Virus record (IMG/VR): IMGVR_UViG_3300003311_000001
Span: 1-52,328 of that record
Direction: 5' to 3' (one strand)
From: a virus
Length of the DNA: 52,328 bases
Below, piece by piece: positions 16,802-25,476 of this stretch (positions are counted from its first letter, which is position 1; every line of letters begins with the position of its first letter). A model generated the notes under the pieces. It saw nothing but the letters and a program-made list of their open reading frames with translations. It did no database searches and was not told where the DNA came from. The translations under genes and the position numbers were made by a program.

Positions 16802-17833
16802 ATGGATTACACAACAACAATAGATAACGTACATTCAGTCGCTTGGGGCTTAAAGCTTCAAGAAGCTTATTTGTTCGCGTGGTTCACAAGGCTACATCTG
16901 TGGGCTGACAAGATCATTATTAAAAATCAGGTCTACTACTTCGCTTCAAAGACCAAAGCTTGTAGTGAGCTTAAATTGCTTACTGATAAGCCTGATACAA
17001 TGTACAGGTATTACAAGGCACTTGAAAAAAAGAATTTAATAGAGATCAAGAAAATAGAGGGTAAGGATTATGTGCTACTAACTGAAAAAGCCAAGCACTG
17101 GGGAAGAAAAGAAGTAGCAGTAAATCGGGAATCCGACCACTCGGATTTAAATCCGAGCCTCGGAAACAAATCCGAAGATACTCGGAAACAAATCCGAGTA
17201 AACTCGGATTTAAATCCGACATATCATGTTAACCATGATAATATAAAAAAGAATAATAAAAAAGAATCTTTTAGTGATTTTTCAAATGATTTAAAAGAGC
17301 CTGCCCAACCCAAAGAAAACACACTAATAGAAAACGAGCCACTTGGCAGATTGGAATTTAGAGAGCTGCCAAGCTCTAAGCTTGCTTGTGGAAAGCATGT
17401 GCCATCACCATCGGAGCTAATGAATGAAATAACCAGATGGTATAACATTCAAGAGCATTACTACCAAATTCAACACAAAAACATACTTGACTTCCTACAC
17501 AGAATTTATTTGCTAGATCATAAGGCTGGCATTGATTCATTTAGCAACGAAAAATCAATGTATTTACATTTTTTCAATAGCCTGATGGCATATTGCAAAT
17601 ACATTGAGGGCGAAAATAATGTGACAGGCGTTGGTAGGAACTGGCGGGTAGCAATAGATAATCTACTAGACCTTACTGGCGATTCTGTAAATGGAAAGTG
17701 GAATGCTGAAAATTGGGTAAGCAAGTGGGAGCAATACAAAGAGGGTAAATTGAAAAAGCTAAAGGCAGATGGGAGCAGTGACACGGTTAGCATAAATAAA
17801 TTAGCAAAAGCCAGTTATTTACAAGCCAAATAA
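16802..17833 (+). CDS. Replication initiator candidate (N-terminal winged-helix domain; iterons embedded in the gene)
   Basis: wHTH-like N-terminus (KACSELKLLTDKPDTMYRYYKALEKKNLIEIKK). The internal iteron array is followed by an A+T-rich tract, and DnaB lies downstream. Confidence 0.5.
   Translation: MDYTTTIDNVHSVAWGLKLQEAYLFAWFTRLHLWADKIIIKNQVYYFASKTKACSELKLLTDKPDTMYRYYKALEKKNLIEIKKIEGKDYVLLTEKAKHWGRKEVAVNRESDHSDLNPSLGNKSEDTRKQIRVNSDLNPTYHVNHDNIKKNNKKESFSDFSNDLKEPAQPKENTLIENEPLGRLEFRELPSSKLACGKHVPSPSELMNEITRWYNIQEHYYQIQHKNILDFLHRIYLLDHKAGIDSFSNEKSMYLHFFNSLMAYCKYIEGENNVTGVGRNWRVAIDNLLDLTGDSVNGKWNAENWVSKWEQYKEGKLKKLKADGSSDTVSINKLAKASYLQAK
17125..17219. repeat. Iteron array: four 17-18-bp dyad-symmetric boxes CTCGGA-N6-TCCGAG plus one short box
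   Basis: Boxes start at 17140 (a perfect 18-bp palindrome, CTCGGATTTAAATCCGAG), 17159, 17181 and 17203. A shorter box, TCGGGAATCCGA, lies at 17125. Spacing is 19-22 bp. Confidence 0.8.
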
Positions 17834-17939
17834 TCACATAAAAATGCCCAAGCAATTTTACCATTACTTGGGCTATATGGTTAAACTCAGACTCAATAGC
17901 GCGAGCTCATATAAGTACGAAACTTAAAGGGAAAAGGTT

Positions 17940-18662
17940 ATGTCAACGCAAAAACACATACAGAATTGCCCAAAGTGTAAAGGCAGCGGATACCTAGTAT
18001 TACCCAGTAAAATGGGCACTGGTGGAATAAAATGTACAGCCTGTGACGGTACAGGCATACTACAAAAAAAAGATAAAGAGAAAGAATACAAAGATACACT
18101 TTGCCAAAAATGTAACGGCACAGGTATATTTAAAGGTAAAAAATGCTCAACCTGCAACGGCAGGGGCAGGATGCTAGACGAAGAAAATGCTAAGCAAACA
18201 AAAAAACAAAGCCTCAAACAAAAAGTGAATGACTTAAAATGTCCTAAATGTAATGGCACAGGTTGGAAAGTAAAACCTGTGAATGGCAAGGATGGGGTCA
18301 AGTGCCAACGTTGTGGTGGTACTGGCAATAACCCCAACAATCAAAACAAGATTGAAGTTAAAAGCAAAGACGTAGAAAATGAAGGTAGTAATTTCAACAA
18401 AATCGTTATAGCAGTCAGGAGGTTTATAGCTATGCAGCTAAACAAACAAAACTTCAACGATATTGAAAACGCCATTGGCAAACTTGATATTGATGAGAAT
18501 GGTTGTTACAGAGTCATTACCAAACTAAATGACTCTAGTCAGGAACATAGAATCAATTTGCAATACGGTGACTGGATCGTAATAGATGACAGGTCAAATA
18601 CATTTCAAGTATTTAGAGACTGGTATTTTAAGAAAGTATTTCAGGTGGAAAATTATTCATAA
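17940..18662 (+). CDS. Protein with six DnaJ-type CxxCxGxG zinc-finger motifs plus a C-terminal domain
   Basis: CPKCKGSG, CTACDGTG, CQKCNGTG, CSTCNGRG, CPKCNGTG and CQRCGGTG, all within the first about 130 aa. Confidence 0.7.
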   Translation: MSTQKHIQNCPKCKGSGYLVLPSKMGTGGIKCTACDGTGILQKKDKEKEYKDTLCQKCNGTGIFKGKKCSTCNGRGRMLDEENAKQTKKQSLKQKVNDLKCPKCNGTGWKVKPVNGKDGVKCQRCGGTGNNPNNQNKIEVKSKDVENEGSNFNKIVIAVRRFIAMQLNKQNFNDIENAIGKLDIDENGCYRVITKLNDSSQEHRINLQYGDWIVIDDRSNTFQVFRDWYFKKVFQVENYS

Positions 18663-18682
18663 CTATAAACAACAGAACAATG
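18652..18682 (+). repeat. 31-nt leader repeat, copy 1 (attattcataactataaacaacagaacaatg)
   Basis: 29/31 nt identical to 19002..19032, exactly 350 nt away. It contains TTCATAAC and ends at the start codon. Confidence 0.8.
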
Positions 18683-18997
18683 AAAGAAGTACGAGCATGG
18701 GTTACTGATTGTGGAAAGCTTTACAAGTATAAGCAATCAGCCAAAAATCATGAAAGAATTTGTAAATGCTGGAGTAACCCAAAATTCAAGACCTGTAAAA
18801 CCTGTAAGTTTGGTGAGCTACATAATTATGGTGGCGAAGAAATTAGTGATCCTTACCCAATGAAAGGACCTGATGATTGGAAATGGAAATGTAACCATGT
18901 TGAGCCAGTTGACCCAGATTCACCTGCATTTACCTTGGTAGGTCACAAGGACTTCATGTTAAACAGTAATTGCCCAAAGTGGGAGTCTAAAAAATAA
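18680..18997 (+). CDS. Cys-rich small protein
   Basis: 105-aa ORF with multiple Cys/His pairs (CGKLY..HERICKC, CKTCKF, CPKW). Confidence 0.55.
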   Translation: MKEVRAWVTDCGKLYKYKQSAKNHERICKCWSNPKFKTCKTCKFGELHNYGGEEISDPYPMKGPDDWKWKCNHVEPVDPDSPAFTLVGHKDFMLNSNCPKWESKK

Positions 18998-19001
18998 AAT
19001 C

Positions 19002-19032
19002 ATTATTCATAACTATAAATAACAAAACAATG
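19002..19032 (+). repeat. 31-nt leader repeat, copy 2
   Basis: See 18652..18682. Confidence 0.8.
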
Positions 19033-19563
19033 TCAATAGTAGAATATTACATGAAGGATGGATTTAGGAAATTCAATCCAAACCAAGCAATAAAAAAAGC
19101 TTGGGGCATAGACTGTGATGGTTTCGATTACAGTCCGTTAGAGGGGTTAAAACTTCAAGATAGGCAAAACCCAACAGACACCACGACAATTGATAGGTTA
19201 GACTGGATGCTTACTGTTGCCATCATATACTTCAAAGAAGGAGGTTATTTGGCACTTGACCATACCATTGAACAATTTGAGTTGTACAAGGAAGTGCCTT
19301 TGACAATATTTGAGATAGATGTTGATGGCGAGAAAATGTACATTGCTGATACCCATATTTCAAAAGCACTTTTCACATTTTTTCAGTCATCAGAGCATTC
19401 TCCTGATGACCCCAGTTGTTGGGATTTGCAAATTAAGCCAATGACTGAAGAACAAATGAATCTTTACACAATAAATGAGGTTGACGGCACTCAAGTGCAG
19501 ACCTTTGCCGAATGGCTAGAATGTAATTTCAAACCAGACTTTGTTGCAACAACTGTTTGGTAG
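19030..19563 (+). CDS. Hypothetical protein
   Basis: 177-aa ORF. Confidence 0.55.
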   Translation: MSIVEYYMKDGFRKFNPNQAIKKAWGIDCDGFDYSPLEGLKLQDRQNPTDTTTIDRLDWMLTVAIIYFKEGGYLALDHTIEQFELYKEVPLTIFEIDVDGEKMYIADTHISKALFTFFQSSEHSPDDPSCWDLQIKPMTEEQMNLYTINEVDGTQVQTFAEWLECNFKPDFVATTVW

Positions 19564-19615
19564 GCTCAGCTACGCATAAATCAATTTTTAATTCATAACT
19601 CAAAAGACAACGATA

Positions 19616-20098
19616 ATGAAACAAGCAATTAAGGTTTTAAATAGTAACACTGAAAATGAAGCACTTGTGTTTGATTACTTTGGCACAAGATTCATATACG
19701 ACGAAATAAGCCGCAATTTTATGACCTATGGAGTAAAGTCGGGCGATCTCGTAACGATAGACAAAAGGCTAGAAATATTAGAGGCTTTTGTTATTTGGTT
19801 GAATGGTTGGATAAACGACAAGGATAGAACCAAAAGAAAAGAACATCCCAATGAAGTGACTATTAATTTGGTAAATAAGCTTGTTACGAACAATGTAAAA
19901 TTTATGATGGATCATGTAAGGGAAAAATTAAAGCCTTGCCCATTATGCGGAAGCGATCAGATAAAGCATAAAACTAGAGTCGTAAGAGCAGATAATTTGC
20001 TAAATGAAGAAGTAAAATGCCTCAGTTGTGGCTGCGGTATAGAAAGAGCAAAAGGCATAGACATAAGACGTATTTGGAATACTAGACCATCAAACTAA
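19616..20098 (+). CDS. Protein with a C-terminal Lar-like zinc ribbon (restriction-alleviation family)
   Basis: LKPCPLCGS...VKCLSCGCG...IRRIWNTRP fits the Lar pattern CPFCG...C..CG...WN.R. Confidence 0.5.
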   Translation: MKQAIKVLNSNTENEALVFDYFGTRFIYDEISRNFMTYGVKSGDLVTIDKRLEILEAFVIWLNGWINDKDRTKRKEHPNEVTINLVNKLVTNNVKFMMDHVREKLKPCPLCGSDQIKHKTRVVRADNLLNEEVKCLSCGCGIERAKGIDIRRIWNTRPSN

Positions 20099-20114
20099 AT
20101 AAAATCACATTGAT

Positions 20115-20309
20115 ATGCTCAATTTTATAAATTATTATCTATTGCAATTATTTTTCATTAGGCTAACGAAGCACTACCAAGGCAACAAATTAAATTATTG
20201 GTCAGTACAATTTTTTGTAGTGCCAATGTCTGGTTATGGAAAACCGTTTAAGCACGTATTTTTAAAAAGATTTTGGAGGATTACAAAAAGGAGGTTTGAC
20301 AATGAATAA
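20115..20309 (+). CDS. Doubtful small ORF
   Basis: 64-aa ORF with odd composition that fills an otherwise non-coding gap. Confidence 0.25.
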   Translation: MLNFINYYLLQLFFIRLTKHYQGNKLNYWSVQFFVVPMSGYGKPFKHVFLKRFWRITKRRFDNE

Positions 20310-20577
20310 TCCGTTTAAGGTTGGGCAACATGTCATCTGTGATAGCGATGACTTTCCAATTGTTGCCCAACACTCTACCGATAAAGAAGAGCCTGATAAT
20401 GTTGTAAAACCAACTAAAGGCGATGTGTACCTTATTGATGACATACTAGGTGAATACATAACCATAGCAGAATTAAATACCAATGATACAAATAATTGGT
20501 GGAAATTCGATCGGTTTAGAAAGATGACTTGGGAAGAAACCGAAGCATTTTTTATATATTTCAATCGCATTGATTGA
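20302..20577 (+). CDS. Hypothetical protein
   Basis: ATG 20302 is preceded by a rare Shine-Dalgarno-like AGGAGG. Confidence 0.55.
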   Translation: MNNPFKVGQHVICDSDDFPIVAQHSTDKEEPDNVVKPTKGDVYLIDDILGEYITIAELNTNDTNNWWKFDRFRKMTWEETEAFFIYFNRID

Positions 20578-20617
20578 CTTAACACAAAACAAAATTCATA
20601 ACTTAAATCAAAACGAT

Positions 20618-20827
20618 ATGTTTGACAACAACCGAAAAAACAAAAGGTGCTTAAAATGTAAAGGGACCGGCAAAGGATTGATTCACGGTACAAATTGCGT
20701 TAAATGTAATGGCACTGGCAAGGTATCCAACCGATTACATATTGACCCCAACAGCCCAAAAAGAAGAATCAAAACAAAAAAACGCAGAAGGCTTACCAAA
20801 AAACTGGTGGTAACTGATGAAATATGA
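20618..20827 (+). CDS. 69-aa protein with two DnaJ-type CxxCxGxG motifs and a basic tail
   Basis: CLKCKGTG and CVKCNGTG, then KRRIKTKKRRRLTKK. The ATG at 20618 follows TTCATAAC (20595..20602). Confidence 0.6.
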   Translation: MFDNNRKNKRCLKCKGTGKGLIHGTNCVKCNGTGKVSNRLHIDPNSPKRRIKTKKRRRLTKKLVVTDEI

Positions 20828-20919
20828 CTCGTAATTGTTATGTTTGTCAGGGCACTGGGATACACAAAGGTAAAACCTGCAAAAATTGCAATGGCACTGG
20901 CGTGCTCCCATTGAAATAA
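20824..20919 (+). CDS. 31-aa mini-protein made of two CxxCxGxG motifs (below the ORF-track cutoff)
   Basis: Hand translation gives MTRNCYVCQGTGIHKGKTCKNCNGTGVLPLK. An ATGA start/stop overlap couples it to the upstream gene. Confidence 0.5.
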   Translation: MTRNCYVCQGTGIHKGKTCKNCNGTGVLPLK

Positions 20920-20947
20920 ACACACAACACAAACCTTTTAAATTATT

Positions 20948-22477
20948 ATGAAAAAGAAACAAAGATCGCTACTTGATATAAAGTCAAGTAGCGAAAATTA
21001 TGCGTTCCCTCACGAAACAGAAATTGAAAAAGCCGTATTAGCAGCACTCATACTGGAGAATACATCGGTGCATCAGGCTTTTGCAGCGGATGTAAATTTA
21101 TGTGAGGCTGACTTTTACGCACCATCTCACCAAACGATATTCAAAGCAATATACGAAATCTATGCAAATGGCGAGCTCGTGGATATGCTTACCGTAGAGC
21201 GTAAGCTCAAAGAAATGAATATGCTGGAATTAGCAGGGGGCAAAGGTGTTACAATGCGTATCACAATGGATACTGCAAGCTCAGCGAATTTAATTTACCA
21301 CATAAGGATATTGCAGCAAACACGGGTTGCAAGACAAGTAAAGGAAACAGCAATGCGCATCATGAATGAATCCATCACTGAACAGGATGGATTCAAGCTG
21401 TTAAAAAGCCTTGAAGATCAAACCAAAGACATTGCCGACAACGTATCTACAAGCTCGGTTAAAATTACCACGATGCGCGAAAAGCAAAACTTTGTACTCG
21501 AGCAAAATCAAAACGGTATTGTAAATACAATTTATTCAAAGTTTGGGTGCGTGAACAATTACACGTTTGGCTATGAGCCAGGCGATGTTGTGATACTAGG
21601 CGGTAAGTCTGGTATGGGTAAGACTGCATATGTGTTACAGGAAGTAGAGCACCTAGCAGCGCAGGGAATGAAGGTGGGCTTTATATCGCTTGAGATGACT
21701 CCCGAAAAACTAGCAAAGAGACTTATCATCAGTCGCGCCAATCAAATGGGTCTGAATTTCACAACTCAGACATTTAAGTCTGTAATAAACACAGAGCATT
21801 ACAGGCAGGTACAAGATGATATAGCAAAAAGCGGTGTACTAGATAATATAGTGATCCCAGACAAACGCACGTATGCAGACAATGAAAGTGTGGAAGCATT
21901 GATGAACCTGCTAGTACATGTGCACGGGTGCCAAGCCATTGTAATTGATTATGTGCAGTTGATGTACCTTGCCAACGGTAAGGGTGGTGATGGTAGCGGA
22001 TTAACCTCAGACCTAGTGGTTATATCAAGGCGAATAATGGAGTTTGCCAAAAGAACGGATACACTTGTGTTTGTGCTATCTCAGCTGAGTAGGTCGGTCG
22101 ACGCACAAGAAAATGAAAAATATTTTAGGTTTCCACAGGTTCACCACTTGAAGTATAGTTCTCAGCTTGAACACGATGCCGACCATATCATGTTATTCTA
22201 CTACCCGTGGAACTATTTACCATACAGGGGAATGACTATAAACATTATGGGAATTGACTTTTACGTAGATGAACAAACTTACTTAGCAAATGTGGCAAAA
22301 GTTAGAGAGGGTAGGTTAGGCATTGCTGAGATGAGTTGGAATCCAAAAAATGCACTAATGAATGACATAGGAGCAAGCAATAGCATAGTGCGTAGCACTG
22401 GGCTTACGCCACTGAGTGAAGCAGCCCCACCCCCATTTGAAACCAACAATGGAAATGATTTTTTTGCTTTTCAATAA
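20948..22477 (+). CDS. dnaB: Replicative DNA helicase, DnaB family
   Basis: DnaB N-terminal domain pattern (E.E.AVLAALIL...F....H..IF.AI), Walker A GGKSGMGKT, and Walker B IVIDYVQLM. Confidence 0.85.
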   Translation: MKKKQRSLLDIKSSSENYAFPHETEIEKAVLAALILENTSVHQAFAADVNLCEADFYAPSHQTIFKAIYEIYANGELVDMLTVERKLKEMNMLELAGGKGVTMRITMDTASSANLIYHIRILQQTRVARQVKETAMRIMNESITEQDGFKLLKSLEDQTKDIADNVSTSSVKITTMREKQNFVLEQNQNGIVNTIYSKFGCVNNYTFGYEPGDVVILGGKSGMGKTAYVLQEVEHLAAQGMKVGFISLEMTPEKLAKRLIISRANQMGLNFTTQTFKSVINTEHYRQVQDDIAKSGVLDNIVIPDKRTYADNESVEALMNLLVHVHGCQAIVIDYVQLMYLANGKGGDGSGLTSDLVVISRRIMEFAKRTDTLVFVLSQLSRSVDAQENEKYFRFPQVHHLKYSSQLEHDADHIMLFYYPWNYLPYRGMTINIMGIDFYVDEQTYLANVAKVREGRLGIAEMSWNPKNALMNDIGASNSIVRSTGLTPLSEAAPPPFETNNGNDFFAFQ

Positions 22478-22480
22478 AAA

Positions 22481-22496
22481 TATGTATATTTGCATA
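22481..22496 (+). promoter_or_regulatory. Perfect 16-mer promoter TATGTATATTTGCATA
   Basis: Exact consensus. A -33-like TTTG lies at 22463..22466, leaving an 18-nt spacer. Confidence 0.65.
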
Positions 22497-22594
22497 CAAA
22501 GATTGGCTTAAAATACTGCCAAGATCAATGTATTTAGTGTTATTACTATCAACTAAGTGTTAATAAGCTGGTCTTTTATAGATCAGCTTTTTTT
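22497..22594 (+). ncRNA. Candidate ~95-nt sRNA or terminator-containing leader (attenuator)
   Basis: A consensus promoter is followed by an ORF-free transcript that has a 5' stem-loop (22501..22526) and an intrinsic terminator. Confidence 0.35.
22565..22594 (+). terminator. Intrinsic terminator
   Basis: aagctggtc pairs with gatcagctt (9 bp, one G-U pair), with a 7-nt loop and T7. Confidence 0.65.
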
Positions 22595-22614
22595 GTTTTA
22601 AATAGGACTATGGT

Positions 22615-23115
22615 ATGGCTAGACACACAAATGTATTTACAAACGCGGTAATGATGACCCTGCAAACGCTGGGGTATGATTGCTGGAGAAATAATACCCA
22701 CGCGGTATTTGATCCAACAGTAGCATCGGAAAAAATAGTAAGCTTTATTGCAACACCAGCCAATAGATCAATTTTTGGCAAAGCTAAGGTGCTAAAAAAA
22801 AGCATCAGCGGAATGCTTTCTAAAAGTTTTAGAAAGCCAAACCATTTGACTGGGGTCAGTGATATTTGCGGGGTTCATAAAAAAACTGGTCGGGCACTGT
22901 TTGTTGAGATAAAATGTGGTAAAGACAGAGAAAGCCCATATCAAAAAAACTTCAGGATACGTATGGTAAGGAATGGAGCCATTGCCATAGTTGTTACTGA
23001 TAAAGACTTGCCTAAAAAGGGTTCAGCGTTAAAAGAAAGAATTGAGGGTCAACTAAGCGTGTTTTTCAATGAAGAATCAAACACAGATACAATACAGCAA
23101 AAAGAGGTACAATGA
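22615..23115 (+). CDS. PD-(D/E)xK nuclease, VRR-NUC-like
   Basis: GVSDICGV...GRALFVEIKCGKD..SPYQKNF...NGAIAIVV matches the VRR-NUC core D...ExK...Q. Confidence 0.6.
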   Translation: MARHTNVFTNAVMMTLQTLGYDCWRNNTHAVFDPTVASEKIVSFIATPANRSIFGKAKVLKKSISGMLSKSFRKPNHLTGVSDICGVHKKTGRALFVEIKCGKDRESPYQKNFRIRMVRNGAIAIVVTDKDLPKKGSALKERIEGQLSVFFNEESNTDTIQQKEVQ

Positions 23116-23665
23116 GCTAAGAAATAAAATAGCCGTGCCTGCCAAAAGAATCAACACGCTTGATTACACCATAAGCGAGTTTGAAGAATTGTGCCATTTA
23201 CATCACATAAAATATTACTCAGCCAGAAGAGATATAATATTTACTCCTGTGTTTTATAGGCAGATAAATATATTTAATCAGCTAATCCTTGATTTTTATT
23301 CAACAATACTTAGTTACTATCTTGCAAAAAAAGGTGACGAAATAAACGAGTTTCAAAGAATCAATATAAGGGATACCCCTTTGCGACTTAAGTGTTTAGT
23401 ATGGGCAATGGCTTGCTCTATACTCAGTATTGAAGATCAAATATCACACACCAATAACAAAGACCTAGTACAAACCCACAACCTTATGAGGTCCTATTGG
23501 GATGAGGCAAATAATGCATACAGCATATTTAAGGAAAGTCCAAAAAAACTACAGCAATGCTTTGACTTTGAAAATGCAACCCCAATAATAGAAACCTACC
23601 TTTACTCTAGAAAACGGAACCCACCACTGATAAATCCATTTACTGACTTCTTGAAAAAAGAGTAA
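23069..23665 (+). CDS. Hypothetical protein
   Basis: 198-aa ORF that overlaps the upstream gene by 47 nt. Confidence 0.5.
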   Translation: MKNQTQIQYSKKRYNELRNKIAVPAKRINTLDYTISEFEELCHLHHIKYYSARRDIIFTPVFYRQINIFNQLILDFYSTILSYYLAKKGDEINEFQRINIRDTPLRLKCLVWAMACSILSIEDQISHTNNKDLVQTHNLMRSYWDEANNAYSIFKESPKKLQQCFDFENATPIIETYLYSRKRNPPLINPFTDFLKKE

Positions 23666-23702
23666 TTCTTTTTGACGTATATTGCATCAAAAATTAATTG
23701 CG

Positions 23703-24635
23703 ATGCCAATACAGATTTATTCAAAAAACAATGGAGCTATTTGGGGAAACATAGGAGTGCCATCAGGTGCATTACTACCCCAGTTTGATGAGGCAAACGA
23801 AACGGTTTCATTTATTTCGTCATTATTATCCATACCAGTCAAGCCTTCCGATTTGTATGGGCTAACCGACATACAAGATGAAAACGGTCAACAAGCTGCG
23901 AGTACATTTGAGGAACTTAAAACGTACCTGATGACGGTGCTTTTTAGTAAAGGGTCGGGCGGTGGGGTTACAGGAGAAATATCCAATACAACAGGTACAA
24001 CCAAAGTAGAAACAACCGACCTTAATGAGATAAATTTCGTTGTTAGCAATACGCCAATACTTACAATGGATGCAAACAGTGCAATGTCATCCATTGGTGA
24101 AAGTAGATTTTTGGCAAGCAATCTTGCAATAGAGGCTACAAATAGAAGTTTAACGCCTCAAAATCCATCAGGATTTGATACTGAAATGAATATTAATTTT
24201 GGCGCTGCCCAAGATAATAACTTGATAAATCTTTCAGCTACTGGTCTTATTACATTTAAACAATCGGGTTGGTATGAAATTTTTGCAGACTTCAATTTTG
24301 GCAGGGCTGTGAATAATGGCACTGCCCACTTGTTTGGGTATGCTAGGATAAATGGCGCTATACTTCCAGGCGTAGAATGTGTTTATGAAAACCTTACAAA
24401 TTCACGCTCAACAGCTACGCTTTTTACATTCTTCCAGTTTCAAGCATTTGCAGGGCTGACATTAAGCTTTCATTTGATTAGGGATAGTGGGTTGCCGCAG
24501 GCGAATAATGATGGTGGGCTTTATACAATAGAACCTACCGTGGTTGCAAATGCCGATCCTGCGTTTGCGGGGCTTCAAGCATCACCTCAAGCAAAACTTA
24601 CGATTAGAACAAACAACGGCTTTGTCGCACCTTAA
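23703..24635 (+). CDS. Putative fibre / receptor-binding-like protein
   Basis: Gly/Thr linker (GSGGGVTGEISNTTGTT) and a beta-rich C-terminal domain. The function is a guess. Confidence 0.3.
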   Translation: MPIQIYSKNNGAIWGNIGVPSGALLPQFDEANETVSFISSLLSIPVKPSDLYGLTDIQDENGQQAASTFEELKTYLMTVLFSKGSGGGVTGEISNTTGTTKVETTDLNEINFVVSNTPILTMDANSAMSSIGESRFLASNLAIEATNRSLTPQNPSGFDTEMNINFGAAQDNNLINLSATGLITFKQSGWYEIFADFNFGRAVNNGTAHLFGYARINGAILPGVECVYENLTNSRSTATLFTFFQFQAFAGLTLSFHLIRDSGLPQANNDGGLYTIEPTVVANADPAFAGLQASPQAKLTIRTNNGFVAP

Positions 24636-24649
24636 CAATAAATAGAATT

Positions 24650-25108
24650 ATGAAAAACTTTATACTACCCTTACTTGTGGTAATTGCATTGATGGCAAGC
24701 TCATGTAAAGCGGTAAAGACTGGCTCAGAAAGTAAGTACCTAGATAAAGTAAACAGCCTTATCTCAGGCGATACGCTTGTCGTAAGTAAGAAAATAGGAA
24801 CTGGTACCGTTACAATGAATGATGGTACTTTGGTATTTAAGCTAGATATAAGGCTACCGCAAAAGGTGAGGGAAGTCAAGCGCATACTTTTGTTCATTTA
24901 CCAATTATTGCCAGATGATCAAAAGACAAATGAAACCGAGTTTATAAATAGGCTAATTGGTGGCGATGTGATTGCCTATAATAAGAAAGAAATAAGGGGC
25001 AGCGTAGCGATAAATAACACTAGCTTACTTATAAGCCTTGGCATTAATGCTAAAAAAACAGGAATAGATAAACTGGCATTGATGCTGTATTTATTCTATC
25101 CAAAATAA
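24650..25108 (+). CDS. Lipoprotein
   Basis: Signal peptide with a lipobox: MKNFILPLLVVIALMASSC. Confidence 0.6.
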   Translation: MKNFILPLLVVIALMASSCKAVKTGSESKYLDKVNSLISGDTLVVSKKIGTGTVTMNDGTLVFKLDIRLPQKVREVKRILLFIYQLLPDDQKTNETEFINRLIGGDVIAYNKKEIRGSVAINNTSLLISLGINAKKTGIDKLALMLYLFYPK

Positions 25109-25122
25109 CACACAATCGAACC

Positions 25123-25410
25123 ATGAAAAACACATTAGGAATAAAGGTAATGGCGTACTTTGTAATATTGCTTTTTACGGCAATATTTATATCAATGCCC
25201 TTTGTGCAGGCTCATCCTTTTTATGATGCCAAGGGAGTGAAGTACAAAGTGGTTTTTGAAAAGGAGTGGAAGTACATTGTTTACTTTGTAATCATATGCT
25301 ATTGCATATTGATTTTTGAAAAATCAGTCATGTTTATTTTAAATAAAACGCCCATAGGCGACATACTATCAAGTAGGTTTCGTAAAAATGGAAACGATGT
25401 GAAAAAGTAG
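25123..25410 (+). CDS. Two-TM small membrane protein (holin-like topology)
   Basis: 95 aa, two hydrophobic helices and a basic C-terminus. Confidence 0.45.
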   Translation: MKNTLGIKVMAYFVILLFTAIFISMPFVQAHPFYDAKGVKYKVVFEKEWKYIVYFVIICYCILIFEKSVMFILNKTPIGDILSSRFRKNGNDVKK

Positions 25411-25443
25411 GTGTCAATTCTAATAATAGTTATGAATTTTATT

Positions 25444-25476
25444 AAAAGCTTAGGTACATTACCTAGGCTTTTTTTG
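25444..25476. terminator. Bidirectional terminator between convergent gene blocks
   Basis: An 11-bp stem, aagcttaggta pairing with tacctaggctt (one G-U pair), flanked by A4 and T7. Confidence 0.7.

Noticed and set aside
20099-20301. A tRNA or sRNA in the 200-nt gap before 20302
   Set aside because: No cloverleaf, no consensus promoter and no terminator were found. The gap may simply hold the doubtful 64-aa ORF 20115..20309.
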